A DNA stretch of 64,000 bases, taken from positions 2,030-66,029 of the forward strand of contig JBMFSS010000017.1 of assembly GCA_049967415.1 (NCBI GenBank), written 5' to 3'. Under the pieces are notes generated by a model. That model saw only the letters and a program-made list of their open reading frames with translations. It had not been told where the DNA came from and ran no database searches. Of the stretch, positions 62,621 through 64,000 are shown in pieces. Numbering within the stretch: position 1 is the stretch's first letter; every line of letters starts with the position of its first letter. This stretch comes from Candidatus Limnocylindrales bacterium. Its GTDB lineage: Bacteria; Chloroflexota; Limnocylindria; Limnocylindrales; CSP1-4. The translations under genes were made by a program, and so were the position numbers.

Positions 62621-63586
62621 ATGGGAACCGTTCGAGACGTCGTGATCACCCGGCGCACCGGGTTCTGCTACGGCGTACGCGAAGCAATCGACTACGCCAA
62701 ATCGGCAGCCGCGCAGGGAAAGCCCACCCATACGCTCGGCCAGGTGGTGCACAACGAAGGCGTCATCGAACAGCTCGAGGCGCAGGGGATCCGGACCGTG
62801 GCAACCCTGGACGAGGTGCGCGAAGGGGCGGCGGTCGTGATCCGCGCGCACGGCGTGGCCCCCGACGTGATGGACCGTGCGAGGGCACGTGGCCTGGAAG
62901 TCATCGACGGCACCTGCACCTGGGTGATCCAGGAGCAGCGCGCCCTGGAGCGGCTGGTGGAGGAGGGATACAGCATCGTCCTTCTCGGGACGCCCCATCA
63001 CCCTGAGGTCGTGGGCCTCCTCGGGTTCGCGCCGGACGCCATCGTGGTGGACGAGGAGGAGGACTGGGCTCGGATCCCGCGCACCAAGCGGATGGCGCTG
63101 ATCAGCCAGAGCACCCAGCCACCCTGGAAGTTCGAACGGCTGGCCGCGTATCTCGTCTCGCGCTGTCACGAGCTGAAGATTGTCAACACGATCTGCCCGG
63201 TGACCATCCGTCGTCAGCAGGACACCCTGGAGGCGGCCGCGTTGGTCGACCACATGGTGGTGGTGGGTGGACGGAGCAGCGCCAACACCAGGGAGCTGAC
63301 CCGGCTCTGCGAGATTGCCGGGACCCCGGTCCTCCAGATCGAGTCGGCAGCGGACCTCCAGGACCCAGATGCCTTCGGCGCAGCCGAGGTGGTGGGTGTC
63401 ACGGGAGGGACCTCCACTCCGATCGAGGATCTAGAGGCGGTGGCCCGGCGCATCTACGAACTGGCCGGGCCCCCGGAGGTGCGCACCCGGGCTGCTGAGC
63501 TGGCCCAGGCATCGTTGCGCAGGGTAGCTGACTCCACCTATCGCACCAGCAGCGTGCCGGCGTCTCCCCCCGCGGCCGAGGGCTGA
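62621..63586 (+). CDS. ispH: 4-hydroxy-3-methylbut-2-enyl diphosphate reductase
   Basis: Motifs GFCYGV, VHNEGV, CTWV, ICPVT and GGRSSANT. C-terminal extension of about 40 aa. Confidence 0.9.
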   Translation: MGTVRDVVITRRTGFCYGVREAIDYAKSAAAQGKPTHTLGQVVHNEGVIEQLEAQGIRTVATLDEVREGAAVVIRAHGVAPDVMDRARARGLEVIDGTCTWVIQEQRALERLVEEGYSIVLLGTPHHPEVVGLLGFAPDAIVVDEEEDWARIPRTKRMALISQSTQPPWKFERLAAYLVSRCHELKIVNTICPVTIRRQQDTLEAAALVDHMVVVGGRSSANTRELTRLCEIAGTPVLQIESAADLQDPDAFGAAEVVGVTGGTSTPIEDLEAVARRIYELAGPPEVRTRAAELAQASLRRVADSTYRTSSVPASPPAAEG

Positions 63587-63589
63587 TGC

Positions 63590-64000
63590 ATGCCTGTCCG
63601 TCGACCCGCCACACCGGCGCGCGGGCTCCCCATCGTCGCCATCGTGGGCCGGCCCAACGTCGGCAAATCCACGCTGTTCAACCGGATCGTGGGAGGACGG
63701 CCGGCCATTGTGGAGGACCGCGCCCGCACCACCCGGGACCGGCTGTACGGCCAGGCCGAGTGGAACGGCCGGCGTTTCGTGGTGGTGGACACCGGTGGCC
63801 TCGAGCAGCATCCGGGCAACTCCATCGAGGCAAAGGTACAGGAGCAGGCGAGACTGGCCATTGATGAGGCCGACCTGGTCCTCTTCGTGGTGGACGCGGC
63901 GAGTGGCGAGACCCCGGCGGACCAGGAGGCTGCCGAACTCCTGCGCGGCTCCTCGGTGCCGGTCATGGTGGCGATCAACAAGGCCGACAGCGATCGCCGT
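63590..64000 (+). CDS. der: Ribosome-associated GTPase Der/EngA (5' part; runs off the window)
   Basis: ATG 63590, reading MPVRRPATPARGLPIVAIVGRPNVGKSTLFNRIVG...VVVDTGGL...VAINKAD. Open to the end of the window, so it is not in the ORF track. Track ORF 63586-63864 is in the wrong frame. Confidence 0.9.
   Translation, partial: MPVRRPATPARGLPIVAIVGRPNVGKSTLFNRIVGGRPAIVEDRARTTRDRLYGQAEWNGRRFVVVDTGGLEQHPGNSIEAKVQEQARLAIDEADLVLFVVDAASGETPADQEAAELLRGSSVPVMVAINKADSDRR

Noticed and set aside
63586-63864. Track ORF 63586-63864 (MHACPSTRHTG...) as the gene following ispH
   Set aside because: It is in the wrong frame. The +1-shifted frame from ATG 63590 encodes an unmistakable Der/EngA G1 motif (GRPNVGKSTLFNR) and stays open to the end of the window.
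1-64000. CRISPR arrays, tRNA/rRNA genes, IS elements, large direct or inverted repeats
   Set aside because: Reading through the sequence, I found no regularly spaced repeats, no tRNA T-arm-like GGTTCGAATCC-type segments outside coding sequence, and no transposase-like ORFs. This was a scan by eye only, so tRNAscan, Infernal and a repeat finder should confirm it.

Overview
64 kb of very GC-rich (roughly 70% by eye) bacterial chromosome that is almost entirely housekeeping. I can support about 57 protein-coding genes, 55 of them on the + strand. Coding density is above 90%, and many adjacent genes overlap by 1 or 4 nt (ATGA/GTGA/TGATG), which suggests translational coupling. I saw no rRNA, tRNA, CRISPR array, transposase or phage block.

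Recognisable content, in order:
- M20 peptidase, a DnaB-C-terminal-only ATPase, ppa, a HAD hydrolase and thpR
- a T-box leader followed by trpB2, then tyrA and a NUDIX hydrolase
- the nfeD-SPFH pair
- a REC-TadZ/CpaE-like ATPase, comM and dprA
- a secreted Ig-repeat/CAP protein
- topA-xerC-murJ-fem-murE-fem-fem
- relA/spoT, hisS, aspS, typA, nifS-mnmA
- alaS, an FtsA-like ATPase, a baseplate-J-like membrane protein, ruvX-mltG-pepP, efp
- xseAB, dxs-tlyA-nadK-recN-xerD
- a PH/SHOCT protein, an M50 protease, an HD protein
- scpAB-rluB-cmk-ispH-der

The macro-order (relA..hisS..aspS..alaS-ruvX-mltG..pepP-efp, and tlyA-nadK-recN..xerD..scpA-scpB-rluB-cmk-der) resembles, from memory, the conserved order in Actinomycetota. 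The lineage call is inference only.

The most noteworthy non-routine items are:
1. a Trp-specifier T-box riboswitch with an intrinsic terminator in front of a stand-alone trpB2
2. an actin-like (FtsA-like) ATPase plus a single-pass baseplate-J-like membrane protein wedged into the otherwise conserved alaS-ruvX-mltG cluster
3. three FemABX paralogues interleaved with murJ and murE
4. an orphan REC-TadZ/CpaE ATPase directly upstream of comM-dprA
5. pervasive leaderless-type promoters (TANNNT 5-9 nt before the start codon)

I see no convincing defence island or clearly novel multi-gene system. All family assignments come from motif recognition by eye, with no searches run. The very long antisense ORFs in the track are GC-content artefacts.
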